From positions 29,946,001 through 30,010,000 of the forward strand of contig OZ024749.1 of the NCBI GenBank assembly GCA_964016885.1: 64,000 bases of DNA, given 5' to 3'. Under the pieces are notes generated by a model, which did no database searches, had not been told where the DNA came from, and saw only the letters and a program-made list of their open reading frames with translations. Below, piece by piece: positions 29,001 through 42,628 of the stretch (its first letter is position 1; the number at the start of each line of letters is the position of its first letter). The position numbers and the translations under genes were made by a program. The stretch is from Eledone cirrhosa (lineage: Eukaryota).

Positions 29001-29506
29001 TAGCCTGGCAGTGTTACCGGGGGGCTCTGCCCGTTCGAGAAAAGCTCTACAGACACGGGCGCCCGGGCAGGGATCCCGCGAAAAAGATCTGTCCCAGATG
29101 CGTGCGCGACGAGGAAACCGTTGCGCATGCACTGGTACACTGCCCGGGCGTTGCCGATCTGTGGGGCTACGTCGAACGACTGCTGTCGCGTGTGGCGCCG
29201 ATTCGATTAACCGCCGAGTCTGTGGTGAACATCAAGCCGCCTCCTCCCTTCAGAAATGAAGCAGAGGCGGTCTTTCTGTGCGTAATAGCCATGATGAAAG
29301 AGGTTGTGTGGTGGACGCGCCTGAAAGGTCTGAGGTCGGGTGACTTTCTCTCCGGCCATCACCTGGTTTACTTCTTCCGATACCACTTCGGAAGAAGAAT
29401 CAGGATGGAGAGAGAAGTGCTTGGTCCCAGACAGTTTTATGAAAGGTGGGTGAAAGAAGCGAGAATGGCCCGTGTAAATGGGCCTTCTCTCTACTTTGTT
29501 CTGTAG
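26073..29506 (+). CDS. LINE ORF2 (APE endonuclease, RT, C-terminal cysteine motif) with a frameshift in a G13 run at ~26262-26274
   Basis: APE motifs CLNARGL, GDWN, YLDRFL and SDH; RT motifs SPGLDG, NFRPITLLN, LDQSKAFDRV, RQGCPLS and YADD; C-terminal CPRC..EETVAHALVHC. Confidence 0.93.
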
Positions 29507-29736
29507 GTGAAGAAGTGAAGAGGAAAGGGGGAGCGCCTCCTCTCTGGGCTTCCCCCGCGAAAAGAGTTGCACACTTTTCGGGGGTATGTGCAATCCCCAA
29601 CACGCCCCCTCCCTTTTGAGGACTTTTATTGTTATATTATTATTGTTATTCCTTTTTTCTTTACTCGATTTATGTAAACTCCCCCACTGTGTAAATGTCC
29701 CCTTCTTTTGTGCCCTCGTGGCAAATAAATAGAAAT

Positions 29737-29779
<43 letters not shown>

Positions 29780-30057
29780 CATATATGTGTGTGTGTATGT
29801 GTGGGGGTGGGGTAGTATTTTGTGCTCATCTATAAATGTACGTACATATGTTTATATGTGCATACGTGTGTGTTTATGTGAGTGCGTAACTTTATTCCTC
29901 GAGTATTTTGCTAGTTCCTGTGATATCTGTCACTAGACTTCTATGGCGCTGGTATTGTTGGTTTACCCACTTCTCTGAACTACCATTTTCTCGATATCCA
30001 GATGTACGCACAGACAAATTCTATATATACACATATTCCTTTTCTCTCTCACTCTCA

Positions 30058-30141
<84 letters not shown>

Positions 30142-30334
30142 GCTTCTCTCTATTTCCTTCCGACACCCTGTCTTTCCACTCCTCTGCACACTCACACATA
30201 CGTGCACACACACACACCTATATATATATTTATTTATGTATGTATAAATCTCTATCTTTATCTTCCTCTATGTATATATATATATATGCTACACTTTTGT
30301 ATTTCTTATTGGCAGCTTGAGTCTCCCAAAGTAT

Positions 30335-30424
<90 letters not shown>

Positions 30425-30440
30425 ATATATATATATTATA

Positions 30441-32058
30441 CCTTCTAGGGAAAAAAGGCCAGACTCCCTGATAACTATCAACTGCGATCCGTTCAGGTTT
30501 CAGAGCCTTTAGGAATCAACACCTCTCCTTTCACCACGCCTGAGCTCAAAGAAGCCATCAAACAGCTCAAAGCCTCAAAAGCCTTTGGGCCGGATAATAT
30601 ACCTGCCCTGATTTGGAAGGATGAGCATTTGCACATCCTTTTGCTCAACTTATTTAACCATACTTTCGAGACCAATAAACCACCTAGCGTCTGGCATGCA
30701 GCTCAAATTGTCCCCATGCCCCCAAAAGGAGATCTTTCTTTAGCCACCAACTATAGAGGAATTTCTCTCATGGCAATTGCTGCAAAAATATACAACAAGC
30801 TTCTTCTTAACCGCTTAATCCCATTTCTTGAGCCAATCCTTCGTAACAACCAGAATGGATTTAGGAGAGGTAGATCAACACTTAGCCAGATTCTCTGCCT
30901 TCGCCGACTTATAGAGGAGTCCCAAAACCGCAATCTAGACCTTGCACTCATCTTTGTTGATTTCTCATAAGCCTTCGACTCAGTTGACAGGTCGGGGATG
31001 CTTGAAATTCTACAACTCTATGGGATTCCTGATAAAATCATCGAGGCCATACGTGTAATGTATACAGATACCAAATCAACTGTCCTGACCCCAGATGGGG
31101 AAACACCACCTTTCTCAATCCTCGCTGGAATTTTACAGGGCGATACCCTTGCTCCGTATCTATTTATCATTGTTGTGGATTATGTTTTGCGTATGTCTGT
31201 GGATAGGATTCAGTATAGGGGATACCAACTACAGCCTAGGAGAAGCTCACGCTACCCAGCAAAATACTTGACCGACACCGACTTTGCTGACGACATCGCA
31301 TTGATTAGTCGGTCACTGGAAAATGTTGAGAGTCTTTTGAAGTCATTAGAGCAAGCGTCCATCTGTGTTGGACTGTATCTCAACGAATCCAAGACTGAGT
31401 GTGTGAACAGATGCGCAAGCAGCCCAAACTACCCCACCAGAACCCTTAATGGTACCACCCTTAAGCAGGTGGAAGATTACAAGTATCTTGGCTCATATAT
31501 CTCCTCCTCCAAAAAAGATTTTCTAACCAGGAAGGGTATGGCATGGTCAGCGTGTAATGACATGCACGCCATATGGACATCTCAACTTACCAACAAGCTA
31601 AAACTGGAAATATTCCAAGCAACCATTAAGCCCATATTACTTTATGAATCCGAAACTTGGATACTAACATCACAACTTGAGAGGAGATTGGATGGCACAT
31701 AAACCCGCCTCTTAATGTAATTAACCCGCCTCTTAGTGCAAAACCTATCCTGGAAACGACATCCCACCTTGTCTAAAATCTATGGCAAACTCCCTCGAGC
31801 CTCTGCCCTTCTAAAATCCCGGAGAGCTCAATTTGCTGGCCACTGTCACCGTGCCAGCAATGAAATCATATCCGCTCTCTTGCTCTGGAACCCTGACTCC
31901 AGCCTGACTAGGAGTAGGAAGCTGTCATTCCCTGACCTTATCTCTAGGGATACGGGAATCAGCAGACGGGACCTGGGGGCAGCGATGGGGGACATGGGAT
32001 TCTGGGGCATGAGAGTGAGATCCATCATCTCGACAGTAGTCGACGAGTGATGATGATG

Positions 32059-32060
<2 letters not shown>
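30441..32060 (+). mobile_element. 5'-truncated RTE-clade LINE (RT pseudogene) with (TGA)n tail
   Basis: Motifs NYRGISL, QNGFRRGRST, FVDFS*AFDSVDR, QGDTLAP, DFADDIAL and YKYLG; in-frame stops; ends gagtgatgatgatgat. Confidence 0.9.
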
Positions 32061-32104
<44 letters not shown>

Positions 32105-32150
32105 ATATACATATAATTGCTGGCCTTGTACTACAATAAAACTCACCTCC

Positions 32151-32211
<61 letters not shown>

Positions 32212-32212
32212 T

Positions 32213-32311
<99 letters not shown>

Positions 32312-32629
32312 GTATATACAATAATGCTGAAATGTGAAACGGATCAAATAATATTATTTATAAGATATTGGTAAAATCTATCTGATATAGAAATCTTACA
32401 ATTTTATTATATGTCATAAAATATGTTAGTTACTCAGAAATTTCGCCTTTATGCAGGCTCCACAATCTGAGATATCCATAAATGTGAAATATATAACTAA
32501 CCTGTAATAAAACTTAGCAATTTGTTAAACATGTATTTACATGGAACATACTCTACTGTGTGTGTGAAGGCGCGTGGCATTGAGGTTAGTTTATTCAGTT
32601 TTCAATCACCCTTACGGGATATTGGTTCG

Positions 32630-33060
32630 ATTGGCACTATCGGTAGAGGGTCGGACACCATGCTTTGACGCTAGCCATTCTGAGTTAAAATCCCGCCGAG
32701 GTTAACTTTGCCTTTCATCCTTACGGGGTCGATAAAATAAAGTACCAGTAATGGACTGGGGTCGATTTAATCGACTTTCCCCTCCCCCAAAATTGCTGGC
32801 CTTGTGCCTAAATTTGAAACCATTATTACCATCTATAGGGTTGGTGGATTGTCAGAATCGGTAGAGCGTCGGCCGCCATGCTTTACAGCACATTGTTATG
32901 ACCCATTTTGTTCTGAGTTCAAATCCAGCCTTGGTTAGCTTTGCCCTTCATACTTACGGGGTTGATAAACTAAAGTACCAGTAATGAACTGGAATAATTT
33001 CGATCGACTTTACCCTCCTCAAAACTACTGGCTTTGTTCCTAAACCAGAAACTATTATTT
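32630..33060 (+). mobile_element. Two tandem SINE copies
   Basis: Head and core appear twice. Confidence 0.82.
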
Positions 33061-33479
33061 ATAGTTAACTGCCTTGAGGCAACTTTCTCAAAAGTAAAAA
33101 TAGAAAGCATGATTTCAAGTTTCAAATTTGTACTCATTCTTCGTAAATTAAAAATAATTTTCTGAATACATTGTAATCCATTGAAAATTCTTCCTTCCAT
33201 GTTTGAATAATTTCAAGGAGTTTCTTTTCATCGCAATTGTCTCTAAATTGTTTTGAAATCACAGAGTATTATCTTGATGAGTACACATTGCCAATATAGA
33301 AATGATTTTGATGATTTTTGTTCCAATGTGCTCCAAATTTACCAAGGATGGTCAGCGCGTAATAATCTTTGCTAAAAATGTCCTGCTTATATGAAAAAAA
33401 ATCGATAAAACTAAATACATGCTGTAACCCTCTCTCTTACACGCTTAATTCCTCTCACTATTACCCTAAAAAATCTGGT

Positions 33480-34050
33480 TCCTGGCCATCCCAGAACCAA
33501 ACTTGAAATCATTCGTTAGTTACAGGACATGTTAAGCGACTTCAGTTTCCAATAAGACTAAGCTTCGTTATTACCATCAACAAAGCGCAGGGTAAAACCC
33601 TAAAAGTGGCTGGCCTTCATCTGGGAAAACCATGCTTCTCCCATGGTCAATTGTATGTAGGATGCTCTAGGGTGAGCTCGCCAAACAATCTCTTCATCTT
33701 TACTCCGGAGGGCCGAACAAAAAATATTGTATACTTTGAGGCTCTAACAATGTAATTTAAATATTTTCTGTTACTTGGAATTTCCATTATGGTTGTACAA
33801 ATTATTGTTTGTTAAAAAATGTGTTCTCTGTTCAGCCTTTATTGTTGTAACTATCAATTTTATTCAACGTGGTGGCTGCTGAACTGGGGAATCCTAAAAA
33901 CTATTCAAACCCAACATCAGAATGAGTTAACTCCCCCCCCCCCCCCACCCCATCCAACCTCGCAGACTTGAGAGGGCGTGCGGTATCTTTGCAATGGATA
34001 GATAAAATGCCGGTATACCTAGCCGGCCACCAGCCGGATGGGCCAAGTAG
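33480..34050 (+). mobile_element. Internally deleted Helitron (Pif1-like helicase C-terminus and 3' terminus)
   Basis: 33534-33755 reads KRLQFPIRLSFVITINKAQGKTLKVAGLHLGKPCFSHGQLYVGCSRVSSPNNL...TKNIVY. A subterminal hairpin CCGGC-cacca-GCCGG (34023-34037) is followed by ..GTAG|T. Confidence 0.85.
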
Positions 34051-34092
34051 TATATATATATATATATATATATATAGGAGATAGATAGATAA

Positions 34093-34139
<47 letters not shown>

Positions 34140-34154
34140 AGATAGATAGATAAG

Positions 34155-34217
<63 letters not shown>

Positions 34218-34218
<1 letters not shown>

Positions 34219-34410
34219 TAATTGTTTCTCCTTTTGGCACAAGGCCAGTAATTTAACCAGTGTATTACTGGTACTTTATTTTATCGACCCCGTAAGGATG
34301 AAAGGCAAAGTTAATCTCGGTGGGATTTGAACTCAAACCATAAAGGACCGTAACTCTTTGCTGCAAAGCATGGCGTCACACCCTCTACCGATACTGCCAA
34401 TCCACCACCC
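34218..34410 (-). mobile_element. SINE copy
   Basis: Reverse complement of the SINE head and core. Confidence 0.85.
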
Positions 34411-34529
34411 TATGAGTAATAGAGATAATGATAGAAAACTAATTGGAATGAAAATAAGAAAAAAAAAAGAGACCACAGAACAAACCAAAAGCAACAAAAT
34501 GGTATTGTTTCTAGAAAAGTAAATTGGAA

Positions 34530-34985
34530 TGTAAGGTGTGGTTGAGGGAGTGGATTAAACATGTCTTTGTAATTATAGCAATGTAAGGTGACACATTGGC
34601 GGAGTCATCGGGGGAATGGATTAAACATGCCTCTGTAGTTATAGCAATGTAAGGTGGCACATTGGCCGACTGGTTGGGGGAGCAGATTAAACATGTCTCT
34701 GTAGTTATTGGAATATAAGGTGGCACATTGGCGGAGTCGTTGGGGGAGCAGATTAAACATATCTCTCTAGTTAGAGGAATATAAGCCAGCTCATTGGCGG
34801 AGCCGGTGGGGGGGGGGGGGGGGGGGGCAGATAAACATATATATGTAGTTATAGGAATATAAGGTGGCACCTTGGTGGAGTCGTTGCGGGAGCAGATTAA
34901 ACATGTCTCTGTAATTATAGCGGCACATTGGCTGAGTCGGAGGGGGAATGAATTAAACATATATCTGTAGTGAATTAAACATATA
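34530..34985. repeat. ~63 bp minisatellite, about 7 units
   Basis: gattaaacatgtctctgtagttat...aaggtggcacattggcggagtc recurs every ~63 nt. Confidence 0.9.
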
Positions 34986-35872
34986 TCCCGCCAAGATAAA
35001 CTCTAACTTTCATCATGTTGAGGTCGGTAAATAATTGTTTCTACTTTTGGCACAAGGTCAGAAATTATCCCAGTGCATTACTGGTACTTTCTTTTATCGA
35101 CCCCGTAAGAATGAAAGGCAAAGTTAACCTTTGAACTCAGACCATAAAGGGACGTAGTTCAAATCCCACCGAGGTTAAATAATGTACCAGTGGCATATTA
35201 TGGACATAAAAAAAATCATTTTCTTGATACCCTAGCGCCCGCATTAGGTGAAAACCTGCATCTTTCCTGCTTCATCGAGGAAAATCTTAAAGATTATTCA
35301 GCCGTCAGAGTATTCTCAATCACTTTGTTTGTTTGTTTGTTTCTCTTGAAGAAACCAGCTGTGTTACAGTTGGGAAGGAATGACCGAGACACGCCGTGTG
35401 TCTTGAGGACGTCACTATGACTCAGTCAAGAGTTGAAGAGACGTTTTAGATTTTTAAAATCGCGATGTAAGTTATTACACCAAAAAGAAATCTGACTCCC
35501 ATTCTGTGCCGAGGTGTATATAACATGTGTGGACTAGTATTTAGTGCGAGAGTTCACGTGTGTGAGTTCACGAGATAGATTCGCAGCGGCCCATTGTGTC
35601 CTTGAGCAAAAGATATTTGATTTCATATTGCTTCAGAAAGCTAAAGAAGACTTTTAATCTTTGATTCAAAGGACATGTATTCTCAGACACTGTAGCATGC
35701 TGAATCTTCCTGAGGATAACGTGAAGGATACAGGAGGCTGTTGTATGCTATGTCATTAATTTTCCGGACAGAATTTACCGTTTATCAATTTGTCAATGAA
35801 CTGGAAGCCTCACCGTCAGAGTCGATGGAGATCCATTCAAGTCAACATATATGTACAGATGTGACTCACATA

Positions 35873-35942
<70 letters not shown>

Positions 35943-35951
35943 CATACATAC

Positions 35952-36029
<78 letters not shown>

Positions 36030-36072
36030 ATATATGCATATATATATATATATATATATATTATAATATATA

Positions 36073-36107
<35 letters not shown>

Positions 36108-36114
36108 CTATATA

Positions 36115-36157
<43 letters not shown>

Positions 36158-36315
36158 ATATATGCATATATATATGTATATATATATATATATTTATATA
36201 TAAATATATACATATATATATGTGTGCGTGTGGGTGTATATATATATTTATATATATCTATCTATCTCTCTCACTCTCTCTCTCTATATATATATATATT
36301 TATATATAAACACAG

Positions 36316-36429
<114 letters not shown>

Positions 36430-36591
36430 ACGTATATACTTATAGATAAGCATATACAAAATAAAATCAATAGATCGATACAGAGATGATAAATAGGTTG
36501 TTTCGGCTGTATGGTTTAATAGATTAATAGATAAATTTGTAATTTGTTAAGCTATTTACTACTGATGGTGTAAATATGTATATTTATTTAT

Positions 36592-36676
<85 letters not shown>

Positions 36677-36689
36677 GTGTGTGTGTGTG

Positions 36690-36726
<37 letters not shown>

Positions 36727-36839
36727 TGATCACAGTTCTTCCTGTTTATGGTCGTGAACGAAAGCACTACACTACAAATTGCATATATATATGCATGAAC
36801 ATATATATATACATATAAGTGCACACATATGTATGTATG

Positions 36840-36930
<91 letters not shown>

Positions 36931-37074
36931 CCATACATACATGTTTATACATGAATACATATCTGTGTATGTATATATATATGTCAACATGAATAGACCT
37001 GTTATTTTTATCTAAAGTAATTTTTTCCAATTCCATCCCACCCATCCCCTCAATCTATTTTATTTATCATTCTT

Positions 37075-37110
37075 TCTTCTGATGAAGGACTAGCATCCGA
37101 AACGTTAAGA
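37075..37110 (+). ncRNA. Minimal type I hammerhead motif
   Basis: TCTT-CTGATGA-aGGActagcaTCC-GAAA-CG-TT-AAGA, with a palindromic AACGTT stem III. Confidence 0.78.
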
Positions 37111-37358
37111 CCCACTTCCTGCTATATCAAGCGTTAACCTAATATATACCTGCCATATACTATACCGATTGTGCTGTTATTTATGTTTACCTTTTACACA
37201 CACACATATATATATATACATATATAGTTAGAGAAGCAAAAAATTGCTTATTGTGATCTAGTTTTTGGTTAAGAAAGCCAGTTTCATGGATGGTTTCAAC
37301 GTACGGTTAGGGGTAACTTCACAAGTTTGTAAGAATTCCGTTCAATCTTGGAGTATAA

Positions 37359-37659
37359 AGTGTAAAAGAGAAAACACAGGTAAGCATTAAGAGAAGGATT
37401 TTATCCAGGTATTTACGACCGTTTCATTGGTAAGTGCAACCTTATATTGCTATACTGCAAATAGCAGCCACTCAATTATAATTGTTGTTCACAGTCCAAA
37501 TTTTCAAAACTATTTTGAAAATTTGGACTGTGAACAACAATTATAATAGAGTGGCTGGTATTTGCAGTATAGCAATATAAGGTTGCACTTACCAATGAAA
37601 CGGTCGTAAATACCTGGATAAAATCCTTCTCCTAATGCTTACCTGTGTTTTCTCTTTTA

Positions 37660-37663
<4 letters not shown>
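37359..37663. repeat. Near-perfect ~150 bp-arm palindrome with a 3 nt loop
   Basis: Centre ccaaattttcaaaa-cta-ttttgaaaatttgg; the arms carry the GAAACGGTCGTA hammerhead 3'-half motif. Confidence 0.93.
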
Positions 37664-37704
<41 letters not shown>

Positions 37705-37907
37705 TATATAGTCATATTATACACATATATGTTTATATATATGAAATCTAAAGATATATTCTATTAGATATCTATATTGGAAAATGTTCATTCATAGATG
37801 ATGCAAGACACTCATACTGGCACCCAAACAGAAGTTACTTCTACAGAATAAGAAAGAGATTCTAAAACATGATGAAAAATGAGATGGGTATAGAGAGAGG
37901 GAGAAGA

Positions 37908-37966
<59 letters not shown>

Positions 37967-37970
<4 letters not shown>

Positions 37971-38160
37971 AACAAGTATGACTCCGACGGCAGAGCTCAA
38001 GCAGCCGTTTCGACGACTATTTCAGTCCAGAAATAGCCGTCGAAACGGCTTGAGCTCTGTCGTCGGGGTCATACTTGTTCCTATTACCCACTCTACTATC
38101 CTAAGTATTGAGTACTTTGGTGCGTTATGGTCCATCTTGTTCCTTATCACAATTCCTTCG

Positions 38161-38163
<3 letters not shown>
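37967..38163. repeat. Hairpin 37967-38084 at the 5' end of a dispersed repeat
   Basis: aggaacaagtatgactccgacggcagagctcaag pairs with cttgagctctgtcgtcggggtcatacttgttcct. The tail gagtactttggtgcgttatggtcca recurs at ~9910, ~13120, ~14450 and ~62875. Confidence 0.85.
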
Positions 38164-38232
<69 letters not shown>

Positions 38233-39233
38233 GAAATAAATATCGTTTTTTACAAAAGCTATTTTATAAAGCTATAAAGATAGACGTTAAACACAACTCA
38301 AAATAGAGTAATTTATAGAAGCAGTACAGAAGGGTATGTATCATACCACTTTGAAAGAATTTTGCAAAAATGCATGTATACAAAATCCTATTGTGCTAAA
38401 AATAACAACTACAATAGAAGCAAATTATTCACGAACATAGATACCAAATACTATTAATACATTAAATGATGATTTGCGAACGTTTCATCCCATTTCTGGA
38501 TTTTTTCAAAATCAGCTTTATAATAATAAATCCTCATTATAATCTCACCAAAGCAATCAACAACCAGCAGTTACAGAGAATGTTTACAATCTTTGAAAAA
38601 ATTGGAAATAACGCCATTATTTATAAAAAACAATGTCGATCAACTACAGAAAATATAACGTTAAACCACCCTAGCACATTACTATAGAAACTAATTTAAA
38701 AAAAAGATTATATGATAAATATAAGAAGAAAAATATATAAACTAGATAAAAATTGATAAAAAATATTATAAAAGGATAAAAGGAAAAAAAATAAAGGTAT
38801 ACATAAACGTACAGATAAATACATACACGCACATATATACAAATATAGATATATACATACATGAATATATATATATATATATAAGTACACACATACATTC
38901 ACCTCTACCTACATACAGACACACTTAAATATATGCACGTATATATATATATGCCCACTTATATGTACACGAATAACATACATACACGCACACATAAATA
39001 TATGCACACTATATATAGAGATATACACCCACTTATACATACATGAAAACATACATAATCACATACAAATAGATACGCTCATATACACATGTACACATAC
39101 ATATATGTATATATATATACACACGCACATATATACACGCACATATACACACAGACATACATATAAACACGCACATATAAAAATACAAATATATTAACAC
39201 ACTACTACCCATGCAGTCATATCAAAAATATGA

Positions 39234-39331
<98 letters not shown>

Positions 39332-39369
39332 TGCATTTATATATACGTATATATATTTATATGTACATC

Positions 39370-39403
<34 letters not shown>

Positions 39404-39461
39404 CTTCTCTCCCTTTCTCTCTCTCTCACTATCTCTCCCTCTCTCTCTCTATATATATATT

Positions 39462-39567
<106 letters not shown>

Positions 39568-39847
39568 AATACTAACATGCATGGAGAAATTCCATTGGTG
39601 TGTAAACTCCAAACATCTGATATTGTGATGATAATCTGATAAACGGCATTAAAACAAAATGAGTAAATTTAATATTTTAAAACATATAAAGTATACGCGG
39701 TGATCGTTCTTTAACACCTGTATTTAATGTGCATTGAATTAAATCGCTATTTAGATATGTAAAAAACACAAACCGTGGTAGAAGCCTTTACCAACATGTA
39801 CATACATAAAGAAACATATACGAACTTATATACATATATATATATAT

Positions 39848-40388
39848 TTCGTTTCTGAATTTGTTTAGCAAGATTCTTTATCTTGAAATGTGTGTTGAAA
39901 CCGATATTGTTATGCTTTAGGAGGGTCATATTGCCAATAAGAAACACACGCACCAGCTGCTTTCACTCCAATTTATTATAAATTAAATTTATATATTTAA
40001 GAATTTATAAATTTCCGGTTGGTTGGTTCCACAACCGGACGGTTGTTCACATTCTTTTATGAAGTGTAGTTGTCGAGATGTTATTGTTTTTCGTAGACAA
40101 CAGAACATGGTGGTTTTCAGTATCTTGTTAGCCTGGCTAAGTCTTACGATATTTCGTTTCTGAATTTGTTTAGCAAGATTCTTTATCTGAAAACGTGTGT
40201 TGAAACCGATATTGTTATACTTTGGGAGGGTCATGTTGACAATAAGAAACACACGCACCAGCTGCTTTCACTTCAATTTATTATAATAAATTTATAAATT
40301 TAGGAATTTATAAATTTATTATAATAAATTGAAGTGAAAGCAACTGGTGCGTGTGTTTCTTATTGGCAACATGACCCTCCCAAAGTAT

Positions 40389-40395
<7 letters not shown>
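39848..40395. repeat. Direct plus inverted copies of a pLTR-like family also present at 57240-59600
   Basis: atattgttatactttgggagggtcatgttg...acacgcaccag appears twice forward and once reversed. Confidence 0.8.
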
Positions 40396-40430
<35 letters not shown>

Positions 40431-40914
40431 CTATACAAACACAGACATACAGAGACAATCATATATGCATATACATACACATATAATCATACATGTATAG
40501 ACGAAAATGTACGCATAAACGTACCGTATTTCTTTAGAAATACGAAATTTCAATACATATTTGTATACAGCTATCCTAGAAGCTAAATTCTAATTCTATT
40601 CTATTATTAAGTTGAGCCAACTTATACAGCTTCATGTGCAAATCAGATTAATCACCTCGTTTACATAGACGAGAAAACTATATATTCTCGCGTATTTTCA
40701 AGTTCACACAGTTGCAAGAGCTAATTCAGTTCGATAAGCATCGATGATTGTCCCCCTTGCTTCTGCTGGACACTGCTAAGTGGCGATAGCCATCGGTGTG
40801 TTTGCATAGTTACACCTTTCTAAACGGTTATTTATAAACATACCGTATTTCTTTAGAAATACGAAATTTCAATAATATCTGTATACAGCTATGTTTAAAG
40901 CTAAATTCTAATTC

Positions 40915-40956
<42 letters not shown>

Positions 40957-40960
<4 letters not shown>

Positions 40961-42001
40961 CACAAAGAGAAGTGTGTTACACAGTGAGATGTGTGTAAAG
41001 AATTATTATAAGTGAGTTTTACCGTTACTGTATAGAGAACAATATCTACAGGTTTAGTAATTAAATAGAAAAAAACTAAGTCAGAATCAAATCTCTGGAT
41101 TAGAGTTTTAAATTACCAACCTTATAACTATAGGTTTGCTGATACGAATCTCGCTTCGTTTCACCACTTATATGTGAAGTATAACAGGTCACAGGATCCT
41201 CAGTCAGCAAATGCGAACACTGATCACGACACATCTAACCTGATGGATAGAGAGAAAGCTAATACACATGCTGCCCAGAGTAGGGCGAAATCACGTGTTA
41301 TTTGCATCAAATAACGGCTCTCATGGATTGGGGAAAATGCTAGAAAGGGCAGCCCAACCATTCGAATTTATTAGCTCAACAATTTGGAGCTCGTTAAGTA
41401 TACAAAGATCGGAATTAAGAGTATTCCGCAGTTCACTGTAATAATAATAATAGTATTAGCTCAAAGAAGAATAGAGAATTTCCTTCTGAGCTCAAATGCA
41501 AATATATTACACAAAGAGAAGTGTGTTACACAGTGAGATGTGTGTAAAGAATTATTACAAGTGAGTTTTGCCGTTACTGTATAGAGAACAATATCTACAG
41601 GTTTCTATCCATGAGGTTAGATGTGTCGTGATCAGTGTTCGCATTTGCTGACTGAGGATCCTGTGACCTGTTATACTTCACATATAAGTGGTGAAACGAA
41701 GCGAGATTCGTATCAGCAAACCTATAGTTATAAGGTTTGTAATTTAAAACTCTAATCCAGAGATTTGATTCTGACTTAGTTTTTTTCTATTTAATTACTA
41801 AACCTGTAGATATTGTTCTCTATACAGTAACGGTAAAACTCACTTATAACAATTCTTTACACACATCTCACTGTGTAACACACTTCTCTTTGTGTAATAT
41901 ATTTGCATTTGAGCTCATAAGGAAATTCTCTATTCTCCTTTGAGCTAATACTATTATTATTATTACAGTGAACTGCGGAATACTCTTAATTCCGATCTTT
42001 G

Positions 42002-42003
<2 letters not shown>
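40957..42003. repeat. Tandem-plus-inverted pLTR-like structure with hammerhead motifs at 41135-41211 (-) and 41644-41720 (+)
   Basis: Direct repeats at ~40957 and ~41504, inverted copy ~41604-42003. Motif TTTGCTGA-CTGAGGA...GGT-GAAA-CGAAgcgagaTTCG-TA-TCAGCAAA. Confidence 0.85.
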
Positions 42004-42070
<67 letters not shown>

Positions 42071-42115
42071 ATACTTGGGGAGGGTCATATTTGTGTAATA
42101 ATATTGCCAGAATTA

Positions 42116-42308
42116 ATAATTGTTTCTACTTTTGGGACAAGGCTAGCAATTATCCCAGTGCATTACTGGTACTTTATTTTATCGACCCCGTAAGGATGAA
42201 AGGCAAAGTTAACCTCGGCGGGATTTGAACTCAGATCATAAAGGGACGTAACTCTATGCTTCAAAGCATGGCGTCCGACCCTTACCGATACTGTCAATCC
42301 ACCGCCCA
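42116..42308 (-). mobile_element. SINE copy
   Basis: Reverse complement of the SINE head and core. Confidence 0.85.
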
Positions 42309-42317
42309 GAATTAATA

Positions 42318-42371
<54 letters not shown>

Positions 42372-42425
42372 CACGTAGTCAGAATGTTATATTCTCATCA
42401 AATCGTTTCTATTCTCTAATTCCAG

Positions 42426-42628
42426 AAACACATTGAGGTGGGTCTAATCCGGAAAGGTCACTGGTGTGTCAAGGAATGGGACAAACCTATTTACTCAATT
42501 CTTTATGAAATGTATATGCTCGTTCTAATGTTTATATTACCTGTTGGAGTTATGGTAATCGCCTACGCCAGTATAGGTTATGAACTCTGGAAGGTTGCTA
42601 ATTTAAGGGCTTCAATGAGAGCTGGAAG
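42426..42628 (+). CDS. GPCR exon (ECL2, TM5)
   Basis: ccag|KHIEVGLIRKGHWCVKEWDKPIYSILYEMYMLVLMFILPVGVMVIAYASIGYELWKVANLRASMRAG AG|gtaagt; ECL2 Cys and TM5 P and Y present. Confidence 0.93.

Larger units (their letters stand above)
24030..29737 (+). mobile_element. Near full-length Tx1/L1-clade non-LTR retrotransposon inside (TATC)n
   Basis: Two-ORF layout, AATAAA at the 3' end, and (TATC)n at 24001-24029 and 29738-29778. Confidence 0.92.

Noticed and set aside
33534-33755. Host PIF1 helicase exon
   Set aside because: It has the Helitron-type FSHGQLYV..SRV and TKNIVY ending and a downstream terminal hairpin.
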